NCBI GenBank assembly: GCA_001662655.1
Contig: KV460261.1
Source of the DNA: Pseudogymnoascus verrucosus
Lineage: Eukaryota
Reading direction: 5' to 3' (one strand)
DNA: 64,000 nt
How positions within the stretch are numbered: position 1 is the stretch's first letter; every line of letters begins with the position of its first letter. Under the pieces are notes generated by a model. That model was not told the DNA's origin and did not search any database. It saw only the letters and a list, made by a program, of their open reading frames with translations. Positions 11,682-23,299 of the stretch are shown one piece after another. A program made the position numbers and the translations under genes.

Positions 11682-12883
11682 CTACTTCTGCAGCGTCAAC
11701 AACGCCGGCTTATAAGGCAGCAGCCCATAATCAGTATCAGAACCGACAGCACGTCCCTGGTAGAGCAGCTGCAGGTTGCATGGATCAATGGTGAAGGTCT
11801 GATCAGGGTTGCTGCGAATGAGATCACCGTGGCTAATATCATTGGACCAGGTAGCGCCGCTGTTGGCCTTGCCAGCAAATGGCGCACTCTCAGTCGCCGC
11901 CTGCGGGGTCCATGAGCCACCAAGGTCGGTAGCCGTGAACGAGCGGAAGTAACGGCCGTTTGCTCCGATTGCCTCAACAATCATGAGGTATTTCTTCTGT
12001 CCCTTGACGGTGTAGACCTGGACGGCTTCAAACAGGTTGTTGGTGGAGTCGGACAGGATTATGGTCGATGAGGAACCGAAGCTGCCTGGGAAGTTCCCGA
12101 TGGGCATGCTGGCACGGTAGATCTTGCCATTGTCTCCACAGAAGAAGAGGTACATGTTTGTGTCATCACCAATGAGTGTCTGGTCGATGACGCCCGTGCT
12201 GGAGCCGGAGATAGTTCCGGTGAAGAGCGTCTGAGCCGCTGACCACCCGTTCGCATTCGTGGGATCACTCGACGTCTTGTAAGAGAACGCAGTTGGACCC
12301 CACTGGTATGCGAGGATCCAGATGTTCTTTGGCGCGAACTGGAAGAGAGTTGGTGCAACGGTGTAAGCGTTCATCGTGTTCTGGCTCGCAGAGGCCATGT
12401 TAGACCAGTCGGAGAAGAGGCCGAAGTTCATGGAACCCCAGGTCGATCCCGTGTCGTGGAAGGTCGCATACACGAGGTGCTGGCCGTTGTACGGGACTGC
12501 CGTGAAGTCCTTGAGCGAGACCCATCCCGACTTTGGCTGTGCCAGCGCATTGGTCGATGTCCATTTGTATGTCGATGGGAGGTTGCATGTTGCGCCTGGA
12601 GCAGTCGAAGTCGCAACCCCCGTTGCTGGGGGAGTGGTGACCGCAGTTGTTGCTCCTCCTCCACCTCCAGTGCACGGAAGGCATTGGGAATACCACGCGT
12701 TCGAGAAGGTGCAGCATGAGCCCGAAGCACATGTAGTTGCCCCAGTCCATCCGGATCCACCGCCTAAGACGATTAACTTCGGCGTGTTCAGGTGTGATAG
12801 TTCCACTTACATTGGCCCCAGACAGCAGCCTGGGCAGATACGAGTGGCAGCGCCACGAACAAAGCAGCAGCGGCGTAAATCAT
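11682..12883 (-). CDS. Secreted GH62 alpha-L-arabinofuranosidase with N-terminal CBM1. Exons 12811-12883, 11682-12763
   Basis: Signal peptide [20 protein letters not shown]1 [22 protein letters not shown]...YSQCL; Thr/Pro linker; GH62 motifs [42 protein letters not shown]. Confidence 0.95.
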
Positions 12884-12939
12884 GATGGCAGGTTACTGAT
12901 ACAGAGCTTGAAAAAACTGTCTCCCACCAACGCCATATC

Positions 12940-13300
12940 CATCTATATATCGTATTTACAAGACTCGCCCGGCAAAATGAACCCCATCCAACCCACCGGA
13001 ATGACAATAGGCTAAGGAAGAAAGTTTGGACTTTTATATTAACTTAGAGGCTCGTACCGTGTCCAAGGAAGTATAAACATCTAGGTTTGTTAGTCGGCAT
13101 GTACACAACGGCATTTTCACTGTAGTTTTAACTATAAAATTTCGGCTGACACATCGCCGACAAACTTTACGGTTAAAGGTTCTGTCTGCGGGGTAGTAGT
13201 GGTGTAGGCAAGTTTTAATATATTTGCATCTTCCCCCCCGCATTATTAATTTACCATCGTATATCCTCCACGCTATTGCCGCCTATGACCCCGCCGTAGC
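12940..13300 (-). promoter_or_regulatory. GH62 promoter with TATA-like element, XlnR-type GGCTRA sites and CreA-type SYGGRG sites
   Basis: TATATA about 12944; GGCTAA 13010-13015; GGCTGA 13144-13149; GCGGGG 13188-13193; CCCCGC at about 13236 and 13289. Confidence 0.45.
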
Positions 13301-14582
13301 ACCCTCGATCTCCTAACCAAATATCAACGATCGGGCCGGACATGCAACCGAAGGTTCATTGCAACTACCAATACAGGACTAGCTGTAGGGTTTGGACTCC
13401 ATGTAAAGTGTCGAGTGTACAGCTGTGAAGTGACAGATCGGCAAGTAGATTGATGCATAAACATTTTGGTTAAATATGATTTCGCTTTCCCCTCAATAAC
13501 TAGGCGGTCTCTTTAGCGAAATTGTGACGGAGAAGAGATAGTTGAGAGAGTTGAGGGAGCAGAGTGGTCCTCGCTACATTAGGAAAATGGAATGTTATAA
13601 AGGCTATATATGTTCCCCCTCCCCACATACTCTGTGGTGGAGTTAAGAGGACCAACAACCCTACTACAATGCCAAGTCTACGATGCCAAGTCTGCCAAGC
13701 CCGGGGGGGATCCAGATAATCCATAACGGGACATCCTCGATAATCGATAACGTCGGCAGCTGGCCTCAAAATTGCCGCGTGCCACGTGCCGGGCACCACA
13801 AACAAGCACGTGATGTGACGACTCTATTTTTGAACCTCAACCATCCTTCACCACCCTAACCACAGCGCCGGATACAGCGGAAGGGTGTGGCGCAGGCAAG
13901 TTCCGCCTGACGGAGTACAGACAGAATTAGGTCCAAGACCCTGGTCCTTTTTGTCTTTCTCTGACCTTTTTATACGAGGATGTACAAATAGTCCAAAAGG
14001 TAGGGGTCGCCATTGGGGTCAGCACTAAGACTAATACGGTTAGAACAGGGCTGATGTTGACTGCCCGCGCCGGTCCTGAATCCTACCCGCTTGTCAGCGC
14101 TCCTTCTGGCGAATCAGCTCTCTCAATAGCCCGCTGGCGCCCCAACATATGAAGCAGTGATCCGCGCCTGGCACTTTCTCCTCTGCCCGCTCAAACCAGT
14201 CGTGTATCAGCTCATTAAAGCACTGACGTTAGGAGTCATTAGCGACATTAGCGACATTAACTACACCATCAAAATGCCAATTGGCGACATCAAAACACAG
14301 CCACTGCTTACAGCCCTTGTACGGTTTCTGTACAGTTTCTCTACTATCCCCATCCCCCATCCTCCTTCCCCCCACAGTGTCAGACAAGCATGCCCGAAGG
14401 AAGCTTGGCGTCCGTCAGCTTCTTGCGCCAATGGCTTCATGGCTTAGCGTAAGCGCCAACTCCTGAATTCTCCCATTTCCTAGCAGATTGGTAGGTCTGG
14501 TTCTCTTTTCCTTTCTGTGTTGTGTTTCCTTTTCTATTCGGTCTGGCCGTCACGATCTCATCACGATCTCGATAGCGACGCG

Positions 14583-16385
14583 ATGAAGTCGGTTATCACC
14601 ATATCGCTCTTGGCGCTCGTTCAGCTGTCTGCTGTCGAGGCCGTCGCTACTTTTCTGCCTTCGGGATTCAATGGGTGGTGGTGGCAATCAGGTAAGGCTA
14701 GGAAGCCCCATTGTCGCGAGCTTGCCGTCTAACGAATGCCTCCAGCGCTCACCGTAAAAGACCGTCTCTACATCGACGGTGGCGAGGTCTATTCACTGAC
14801 AAAAGGCGGTTTCTACGGGTCCACCTATGTGATCGACCTTACAAAGTCTTGGACCACTTCTACCCTTACGGGGACAGGATACACGAGAGATAGCAGCTTC
14901 GCTGCCGCTCGGCGCCCACAGCTCTTCTACGATGAGTCGCACGACATGGTCTACAGCCAAGCTGGCCAGGTCTATGGCTCACTCTTCCGCCCCACCGAAC
15001 TATTCTCATATGCGCCGCCTCAGGTTTGGGGTTTCAAGCCAGACGACAAAACGGATGGGACAGTGACCTGGGCGGAACAATACTCCAAGGCGCTCACCCC
15101 CACCTACCCCTACATCTCGAGCGTCGACAACGCCCTCTGGGCTAGTTCCGAAAAGAAGCATTACAGTCTCGGCGGTTCGATCGGCTTCCTTTTCAACGCC
15201 TCGGACACAGGCTCGCGCGGAGAGCTTTCAATGAACCAATTCCTTACCTATGATTACGAGACCCAAACATTCGAGAATAGAACACACCCTGCGCATTATA
15301 TCCAAGGTGGGGCACAGTATGTTCCGACATATGGCGAGGAGGGTGTCGTGCTTTTCTTTGGGGGCAAGACTCCTGTCGACCGGAATGTGGCAGACAATAA
15401 CATCGGCGACATGGGCATTATTTTGGTCTATGATATCCATGCCGATAAATTCTACAACCAGAGCGCTACGAACGCGCCAGCTGGAAGATTTAATCTGTGC
15501 AATGTGGGAGCTACCAATGCGGGGAATAATTCATATGAAATGTATGTCAGGATTCCGATTCAATAGACCCCAGCTAACAACCCCAGTTTCGTGTACGGCG
15601 GTACCACAGGCATAAACAGCACCAATACTGCAGTCGAGATGAGCAAAGTGTTCATTCTCAGTCTCCCTTCTTTCCACTGGATCGAAGCCCCCCAGCCAGC
15701 CGACACCTGGCGCACATCCCATGCCTGCGAAGCCATCGGCCCAGCGACTCTCGGAAAGCACAACAAGCGACAGATGATCTCCATCGGCGGCACACAGGAC
15801 CCAAGCCCCAACGGTGTAAGCCCTACTAAAGTCCAGGATGCCTGGACCTCGGGGATGAAAATCCTCGACCTCACTGCTCTTACTTGGGCCGATGACTACG
15901 ATGCGAACGCGAAGGCATACGAGAGACCGGACGTCGTCAACACCTACTATGACGAAAACACAGGCTACCCGAAGGTCTGGGGCGACCCAGCATTGGAGGC
16001 TATTTTCAAAACCGACCGCTCTCTGAAGGTTACAGCGCCAGCCTCACCCACAACAACCGGGAGCACTGCGGATCCTACTTCACCTGGAGCCGGCGGGTCC
16101 GGAACCGGAACCGGGTCGCCGGATTCAACGACAACTGAGAAGAAATCTACAAACACCGGCGCCATTGCCGGTGGTGTCGTCGGTGGTGTGGCCGGACTTG
16201 CTCTCGTCGGATTAGCAGCATTCTTCTGGAGGAGGCGGACAGCACAAAAGGACCAGAAATATAGTACTGCCCCAAACAACCCCGCGCTCGCCGGTCAGGG
16301 CCCAACGGAACTGCCGGTGACCTACACGGATCAACCGAAGGCGGAGTTGCCGGTGCAGGAGTACTACAGGAGCGAGCTCCCGTGA
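14583..16385 (+). CDS. Type I membrane protein with Kelch-like beta-propeller ectodomain. Exons 14583-14691, 14746-15541, 15587-16385
   Basis: Signal peptide; LYIDGG, YSLGG, VLFFGG, FVYGG and ISIGG Kelch-like motifs; VFILSLPSFHWI; Ser/Thr stalk; TM GAIAGGVVGGVAGLALVGLAAFFW-RRR; ELP repeats in the tail; canonical introns. Confidence 0.85.
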
Positions 16386-17723
16386 TGTTCTCGTGTGTGA
16401 GTTTTTAGATTGGGTGAGGAGCGAGGAGGGCCTCTGGCTAGGGGTTATGGCGCAGATTTTTATAAGTTTTAAATGTTATTAAACGTTCGGGTAGATTGCA
16501 TAACATTTAGTTTTTTTCTAGCCTGCGCATGGTATATGTATATAGTAATTCATATCTGCTTCACATGTATGTATTGCACGGTTTGATACCTTGCTGCGCA
16601 AAGCCTTCATCCTGGTGAAGCCTCAATATGATTCTTCCGTCTTTTGAATTTTACTCAAGATACTCGTGTGGGGTAAGTATACTACTGTCTGTTTCCACAG
16701 AACAGTCTATTGTATGATTCCATTTGTTATTTCTCATGTAATAAACGTGCTGACATATCCCATCTAACAAATTCTGATATTACGAATCCCCGTCTCATAT
16801 GGTGCCTTCTCCTCTCTCAATTTGGAAATACCATCAAGAGACTGGATTATTGTTGGTGTAGCCGCGTGGGGGATGGAGAGTGTTGTATGTGGAAGTTGTG
16901 TACAGCGCTGTTGGCGGGACGTCCGTGGCAGGGTTAAGCAGCGTTGGGGGTATAAAATATAGGCTCTTTTAGGAGGCTGCAGCTTTATTATGAGGACGGT
17001 TGGGTGGGTTTGATGGTCTTGCTACTTGGAGTAAATTTCGATTTCGGATTTTTTCTTTAACAATTTCTTAGATAAGAAGGAAAATTAAGCTCGCGCATTA
17101 GATTAAAAAGTACGAACTATCGGATAGCATCACATCACAATTAAGATCACGCATTGGTAAGTCATAGAATGATTGGTCATAACAGATTTCATTTGTTCAT
17201 GTAGTAAATGGGGTCCTAAACTTCATTGCACATCTGTATTACTTACCGGCGACGATCGATGAAAAACCATGATATACACCGGGGTTCCGAGGAGGTAAAA
17301 ACAAACTATAAAAACAAGAGAACGCCACTGGCGACTAGCCAGAAACTTTGGGAGCCTAACGCCACAGTAAAACTTTTTGGAATAGCCCTCAAGAAGCCCA
17401 CAGGAAGCTCGATCCCATTCAAGATGTCCCCAGAACGGGGAAATAAGAATGTTCGTCTCGACTTCGTAGTATTCAAAAGCCCACGTTTTCTGGTCAATGC
17501 CCACAAAAGCCAACTAGGAACAGCCGTCATTGTCATGTCAAAAGCCACTGGTGTCACTTCCGAAGAAGCTTGATCTCAAAGCCACAGCTCCCAAGAGGGA
17601 GTATAAGTCTAGAGCGGACAACCCACAGAGCCAACGAACCACAAGCCAACGTGTCAAAGTATCTCAAAAGGAGCCCTCAGTCCTGTGCGGCAATTATGTG
17701 CATCATCCCTAACAAACCGACAT

Positions 17724-19229
17724 TTAGAAGGTCTGCTTCTTGCCAGCGAAGTCGCCGAAGCCGCCACGGTTGGTGCTGCCACCACGACCGCCGCCACGTC
17801 CACCGCGTCCACCACGGTCGCCGAAGCCACCGCGTCCACCGCCACGTCCACCACCGCGTCCGCCGCGGTCACCGAAGCCACCACGTCCACCACGGCCACC
17901 GCCGCGTCCACCACCACGGCCGCCACCACCGGCATCACGGTCTGGGCGGGGGGTAGCGTAATCGAGACGGACTGGGCGTCCACCGACATCAGCACCCATC
18001 ATGTTCTCCATGGCGTTCTTGGCATCCTCAACCGAAGAGAAGGTGATGTATCCGAAGCCCTTGGGGTTTCCGGAGTCCCTGATAAAATGTTAGTGGGAAG
18101 TACTTTCTTCTGTGTAGACGGTATAACTTACATATCAGTTGGGAGTCTGACGTTCACGACAGTGCCGTGAGCACCGAAAGCCTCGCCGAGCATGTCCTCG
18201 TTGGCCTCGAAGGAGATGTTGCCGACGAAAAGGGTGTCGGACTCTGGGTTCTTGGCATCACCGTAGGTCTGGGCGCGAGCGTTGGCGCGGTCCTTTGGTG
18301 CGGCGTTGTCACGGGGAGTGGAGAAGTCAACGTTGGCCTCGCGACCATCGATGAGAGCACCCTTCTTGGCCTTGAGGGCAGAGGCGGCATCGGCGGAGTT
18401 GGCGAACTCAACGTAACCGAAACCCTTGGAGCGGCCAGACTCGCGGTCAGAGATGACGCGAGCGCCAGTGATCTCACCGAACTCCTCGAACTCGCGGTAC
18501 AACCACTCGTCATCGATGTTCCAGCTCAGGTTACCAACGAACAGGTTCTTGGATCCGGTATCCTCGACCTCAGTCTTGGACTTCTTGGCGGCGGTCTCCT
18601 CCTCCTCATCATCGGCCTTGCGCTTCTTGGATGGGGCAGCCTCCTCGGTGCTCTCCTCCTCCTCAGAGTCGTCAGAGTCGTCGCTATCGGAAGAATCGGA
18701 ACCAGACTCCTACATTGATCAGCTTGGGTCTACTATAAATTAGACCGATGAAGACTTACAGTTGCCTTGGCATCCTTGGCTGGGGCGGCCTCCTCCTCGC
18801 TGTCGGACGAATCGTCGCTGTCACTCTCCTCAGTGGCGGCGGCGGGCTTGGAATCATCAGAATCAGAATCAGATGAACCATCCTCGCTTTCGCTGGATGA
18901 GGATGAGTCAGAGGAATCAGAGGTAGCTACCTCTTTCTTGGCAGCGCCGTTGGTCTTCTTGACCTCGACCTCAGCCTCAGACTCGGACTCGGACTCGGAG
19001 CTAGCGGCAGACTCGGCGGACTCAGAGTCGGAGTCGGAAGACTCAGACGGTGGTGCGGCCTTCTTGGACTTCTTGGAAGGGGCAGCCTTTGCGACGACCT
19101 CCTTGGCAGACTTCTTGCTGACAACTGGTGCCTGTGATGGTTTAGTGATTGATCCGGATTGAACAATTTGAGAGTTGTATTTACCTGAGCCTTGACCTTG
19201 CTGGTCTTGGTATCCTTTGATTTTCCCAT
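17724..19229 (-). CDS. NSR1: Nucleolin homologue Nsr1/Gar2. Exons 19185-19229, 18760-19131, 18132-18709, 17724-18078
   Basis: Acidic/Ser-rich N-terminus, two RRMs (LFVGNL...RSKGFGYVEF; LFVGNI...PKGFGYITF), RGG/GAR tail ending FAGKKQTF. Confidence 0.96.
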
Positions 19230-19654
19230 TTTGATTGATTTATGTAGGATGAAGGGTGATTAGGGGAGAAGAATTTGTGAAGGATGGAAAGGGTGGTTGA
19301 GAAGAAAGGTGGTAGCGGTCTGGTATTTGTACTCAGATATAAAAAAGATGGCGGGCGGGTTCACGGTCCATCAGAGAAAATCTCTTAGCGCCCCGATAAC
19401 AAAAATTTATGCGGGTAGGTTTTCTGCCGCTGGTGGCTCTTGGCGGTCAGTGAATACACTAGTTTGTATTGGGCCAAGCGTATTATCGACGTGCCCGACC
19501 TCACAACTCGGAAGTGGTGAGAGCTTCAAGTATCTATCTGAACAGCTCGATCAACGGTGACGCCCTGGGAACAATTGCCGCAGTCGACATCTCGGATTTG
19601 CAATCGCCTCGTCTCTATCAACCACCTTGCTTTGCGCACCCTCATCTACCTCCA

Positions 19655-20061
19655 ATGGCGCCCACTCCAGAGTCAGCCGCGTTCCTGGCCAAGAAGCCAA
19701 CGGTCCCAGCGAGCTTCGACGGTGTCGACTACGATGATACGCCACGATTGAAGCAAGCACAGGACGCTATTTTGCGCGAGCAGTGGGTCAGGAGTATGAT
19801 GGCACGTCTCGTCAGAGAGGAGATGGGCAAGTGCTACTACCGCGAGGGAGTCAACCACCTCGAGAAGTGCGGAGCGTTAAGAGGTGAGGATACCCGGAAA
19901 CCCATCCCCTTTCTTTTATTGTTTGTAGTGATTACAAGTGGATATTTTTTCTGGGATACGGAGACTAATTGAACATTGCAGAGAGATATTTCGAGCTGCT
20001 CAAGGAGTCCAAGGTTCGCGGTTACTTGTTCCAACAGCAGAACTACATCCCCGAGAAATAG
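19655..20061 (+). CDS. NDUFB10: NADH:ubiquinone oxidoreductase 12 kDa subunit (NDUFB10/PDSW family). Exons 19655-19883, 19982-20061
   Basis: MAPTPESAAFLAKKP...ILREQWVRSMMARLVREEMGKCYYREGVNHLEKCGALRERYFELL (CX11C pair). Confidence 0.92.
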
Positions 20062-20455
20062 ATGGAGACGGAGACGTATCGAGCACAGGAATGGAGGGAG
20101 TTATGGCCTACCAATGAGGCAAAGTCAATGGCAAAGGAGGGGAATGATACAGTGGAGGGTGGGTGGTGTTGTGCGTGCGGGCATCCTGGGGCCGTAAACT
20201 GCTGTGAGAATCTCTGCAGTTGTATATAGTACGAAATGTACAAAATGAAATCAATTCTCGAATTAACACACTGTAAAATGTGTGAATGAGTGACCCATTG
20301 CGACTCCAATCGTAAGTTGGTCGTTATAGACTGGTAGTCCTCGGCTTTTGATATTGCGCTTTTGGTTTACTTTGGTAACCGCAATAAACTTCTATCCCAA
20401 TAATCTACAGCACCTCTTCATCGCAACGGAATTCCACCAGCCAAACGACATCACC

Positions 20456-21123
20456 ATGATTTGTAGCCGCTGCCTCCACAGGGCGTCAGCTCTGCCACAG
20501 CGTATACAGCACACGTTCCTCCGCTCCCTTACGAATTCTGCGCCTAGCGCCTTACCAGCGACTCCAGCAACCTCCACGGGACCAACAATCTCGACACCTC
20601 TACCTCCTAAGCCAAAGGCAAAAGCGCCCCTACCGGTATCCGCCGCGCCGGCCGGGACGATATTGAAGGGGTTAAACTATTTAAAGGGCAGAGATGATCC
20701 CACGGCACTTGCTGAGGAGGAGTATCCAGAGTGGTTGTGGAAGTGCTTAGACGTGGACAAGAAGGGCAAGGACGGAGACGAGCTTGAGGGAGATGAGTTC
20801 TGTATGTCTATGCCACATTGAACACCCATACGATATCACTGAGCTAACTCCCAATCTTTACAGCTAAATCCAAGAAGACCCGTCGTTTAGTTGCGAAGAG
20901 GCAACGGAAGCTCGAAGCCCGCCTGATCGCGTCTGGCGACACCGAATCTCTCATTCCAAAGGTCCCGTTGCAGCAGCAGACAATTGATCTGCCGTCCAAC
21001 GAGCAGGGTAGCGTCGAGGGTGCTTTGGATGCTGTAGCAAAGAGAGACGAGTTGACGAAGGCGATGAGGGGAGAGAGGAGGGCGAAGATCAAGGAGACGA
21101 ACTTCTTGAAGGGCATGAACTAG
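20456..21123 (+). CDS. MRPL37: Mitochondrial large ribosomal subunit protein mL54. Exons 20456-20801, 20864-21123
   Basis: Presequence MICSRCL...; PAGTILKGLNYLKGRDDPTALAEEEYPEWLW; C-terminal RRAKIKETNFLKGM. Confidence 0.9.
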
Positions 21124-21430
21124 TCAATGGACTTGGCTGTAACAACATTTGTGGGGTCATTGTATTGTATATTTCGAGGGATACACAGGATATATCAGAA
21201 TTAAGAAAGCGCATATCACTGCAGGTACATCTAGCACTATTATATGTTGAGGATTAAATTTGTTCGTGTGTTCCTGTGCCCCTTGCTACATTATAAAATG
21301 CTGTAGTCACCAGGATGTTCTCCGGTTTCAACCAACTAGTCCATTACGCCCATTGCCAAATATCAGAATCCAGCCTCCCAAGGTATTGATAACGCCGGCT
21401 TCCACTATACATTCCCTTTACAAGCCGAAT

Positions 21431-22990
21431 CTAATCTTCGTCCCCTTCGCCGATTGCAGATTTCTTGAGCTGCAATTCAGCCTTCACCTTCTCGATATTC
21501 CCCTTAATTCTCGTTTTCAGGATCGGATTGACCTGCATCTCCCATGATGCCTGCAGACTCGCCAGTTGCTTCTCCATTTCGTCAATATCTTCCTTGGCAC
21601 CTTGGAGCTGGGCCAATCTGGCACGCTCGTCATCGTCGATCTCGTCGTCAGAGCCACCGTCTGCCTCGTCATCTTCAACGCTGGCATCGGACGACTCGTC
21701 ACCACTGTCTCCATTCACATTGCCGCTTGCATCCGGCGTGCCACTTGTAATCGTTGCAATCGGCGTTTCAGCGATGGCGTTGGATGCGGGTGTTCCGATA
21801 TCAAAGTCGGCCTCGAAAGCAGCTTCCAAATCAGCCTCAAGGTCCGCATCAAGGTCATGCTCCTCTCCCTCTTCTTGTTTATGCAAGCCATTGCCATTGA
21901 TATGGCCGTAATATGCAGTGCCATCATCAATATCCCCATCTGCGTCCTCGTCTTCGGAATATCCTTCCTCCTCGTCGTAGGCGAGTGGGCTTCCAAATGA
22001 ACGGCTCCCTTGTCGGCTCCGAACTTCGGGTTCAATGAGCTCATGCCTGATACTCTCTGCCTTCAGATCGGCCTCCAAGAGCTTTTCAACGGCGTCTTCC
22101 ACGGCTTCAATGGCTGTCCTACTGATGCGCTTCCTGAACCGGCGCTTGCGGGCAAAGTGCATTGGAGGCGTTAATCCATGCGGATATTGGAAAGTGTGAG
22201 GATCAACAATCTTTGGTAGTTCTATCGTTGCCGCCTCCGCCTCTGTCTTTATTGGCGCAAAAACCAAAAGCATTTGGCAGATGTCTGCTGATTTCCACCA
22301 CCCTCTCTTGTCCCAACTTTTCATGCCTTCAATAACACAAGGTAGGTCGACTAGGGTCGCTGCGTAGTGATGCTTGCGTACCGTTACGATCGCGCGGCGC
22401 CCTTCTTGGTGTATGAATTTCATCTGGATGTCTGCCCCGTTTTGGTGTCGTGGTACGCCAATAGTCTTTTCTTGGATCGCTTCACGAACGTAGTCACAGT
22501 CCGGTCCAGGTATCATGCGCAATATAAATTCTTCCACCACAAGCGGGTCTTCTTCCCTGTCGCTGGCCTCGGAGTCATAGCCTTCTCCAAGCGGTCTCTT
22601 TGGCGGCTTGCCTTTGAATTTCGCCTTTAAAACGGTTGGAGCCTTTGGGCCTCCTAGGCTCAGCTTCAGCTTCTTCGGCGCTCTCTCTGCTATAGCGCGT
22701 GATTTGTGATCATCTCCATCGTCGGATTCGTCTTTTATACGTTTGCCATTCTTGTTCGCTGCGGCTTTGGCAGAAGGTTTGGATGCTCGCCCAGCCTTGG
22801 TTTTAGGTAGCGGCTTGACTACGATCTCGCTAGGGGTCGTTGGTTTTGATCCATTGCTCATATTAAGCCTGATCTTTGGGGCGGCACTGCCTGGAGTCGG
22901 AGTGCCCGCTGTCGAAGGGCTCCTTCCTGTGAGGTTGAATCCTGGGGTGGAACCGCCACCGATCTTGAGGGTAATCGTGGGCTTCGACAT
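21431..22990 (-). CDS. TAF7: TFIID subunit 7 (TAFII55_N domain)
   Basis: EEFILRM...AATLVDLPCVIEGMKSWDKRGWWKSADICQMLLV...YPHGLTPPMHFARKRRFRK; acidic region; C-terminal coiled coil with NPILK. Confidence 0.95.
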   Translation of the reverse strand: MSKPTITLKIGGGSTPGFNLTGRSPSTAGTPTPGSAAPKIRLNMSNGSKPTTPSEIVVKPLPKTKAGRASKPSAKAAANKNGKRIKDESDDGDDHKSRAIAERAPKKLKLSLGGPKAPTVLKAKFKGKPPKRPLGEGYDSEASDREEDPLVVEEFILRMIPGPDCDYVREAIQEKTIGVPRHQNGADIQMKFIHQEGRRAIVTVRKHHYAATLVDLPCVIEGMKSWDKRGWWKSADICQMLLVFAPIKTEAEAATIELPKIVDPHTFQYPHGLTPPMHFARKRRFRKRISRTAIEAVEDAVEKLLEADLKAESIRHELIEPEVRSRQGSRSFGSPLAYDEEEGYSEDEDADGDIDDGTAYYGHINGNGLHKQEEGEEHDLDADLEADLEAAFEADFDIGTPASNAIAETPIATITSGTPDASGNVNGDSGDESSDASVEDDEADGGSDDEIDDDERARLAQLQGAKEDIDEMEKQLASLQASWEMQVNPILKTRIKGNIEKVKAELQLKKSAIGEGDED

Positions 22991-23299
22991 CGTTGTTGAT
23001 GAAGTCGCAGTATCTCTTTAATGGTGCATTTGTTTGGTTCGAAATGTCCGCGAAGGTGTCTTCAGGCAGAGGTAGCGTTCGTCATAAGAGCGATGTGAAT
23101 GTGAAGTGGATGGGTTGTTTCCCCAAAGCCCGCCACACCAAGGTCGCGTCGGGGCTTCGGGAAAACAATAATCCACAACCCAATATTTGGCGTGAAACCA
23201 CCATGAATACGTACGAGACAAGTCGACAGCTTTGCCCCTCACGACCTGTATATGTTTCTTGCAAACAATGCAAAGTGAAGATTGTAGGGTTGATTGAGA

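Noticed and set aside
17570..19162. Several + strand low-complexity ORFs (Ala/Thr, Pro/Arg, His/Arg, Ser rich)
   Set aside because: Antisense reads of the NSR1 RGG and acidic repeats.
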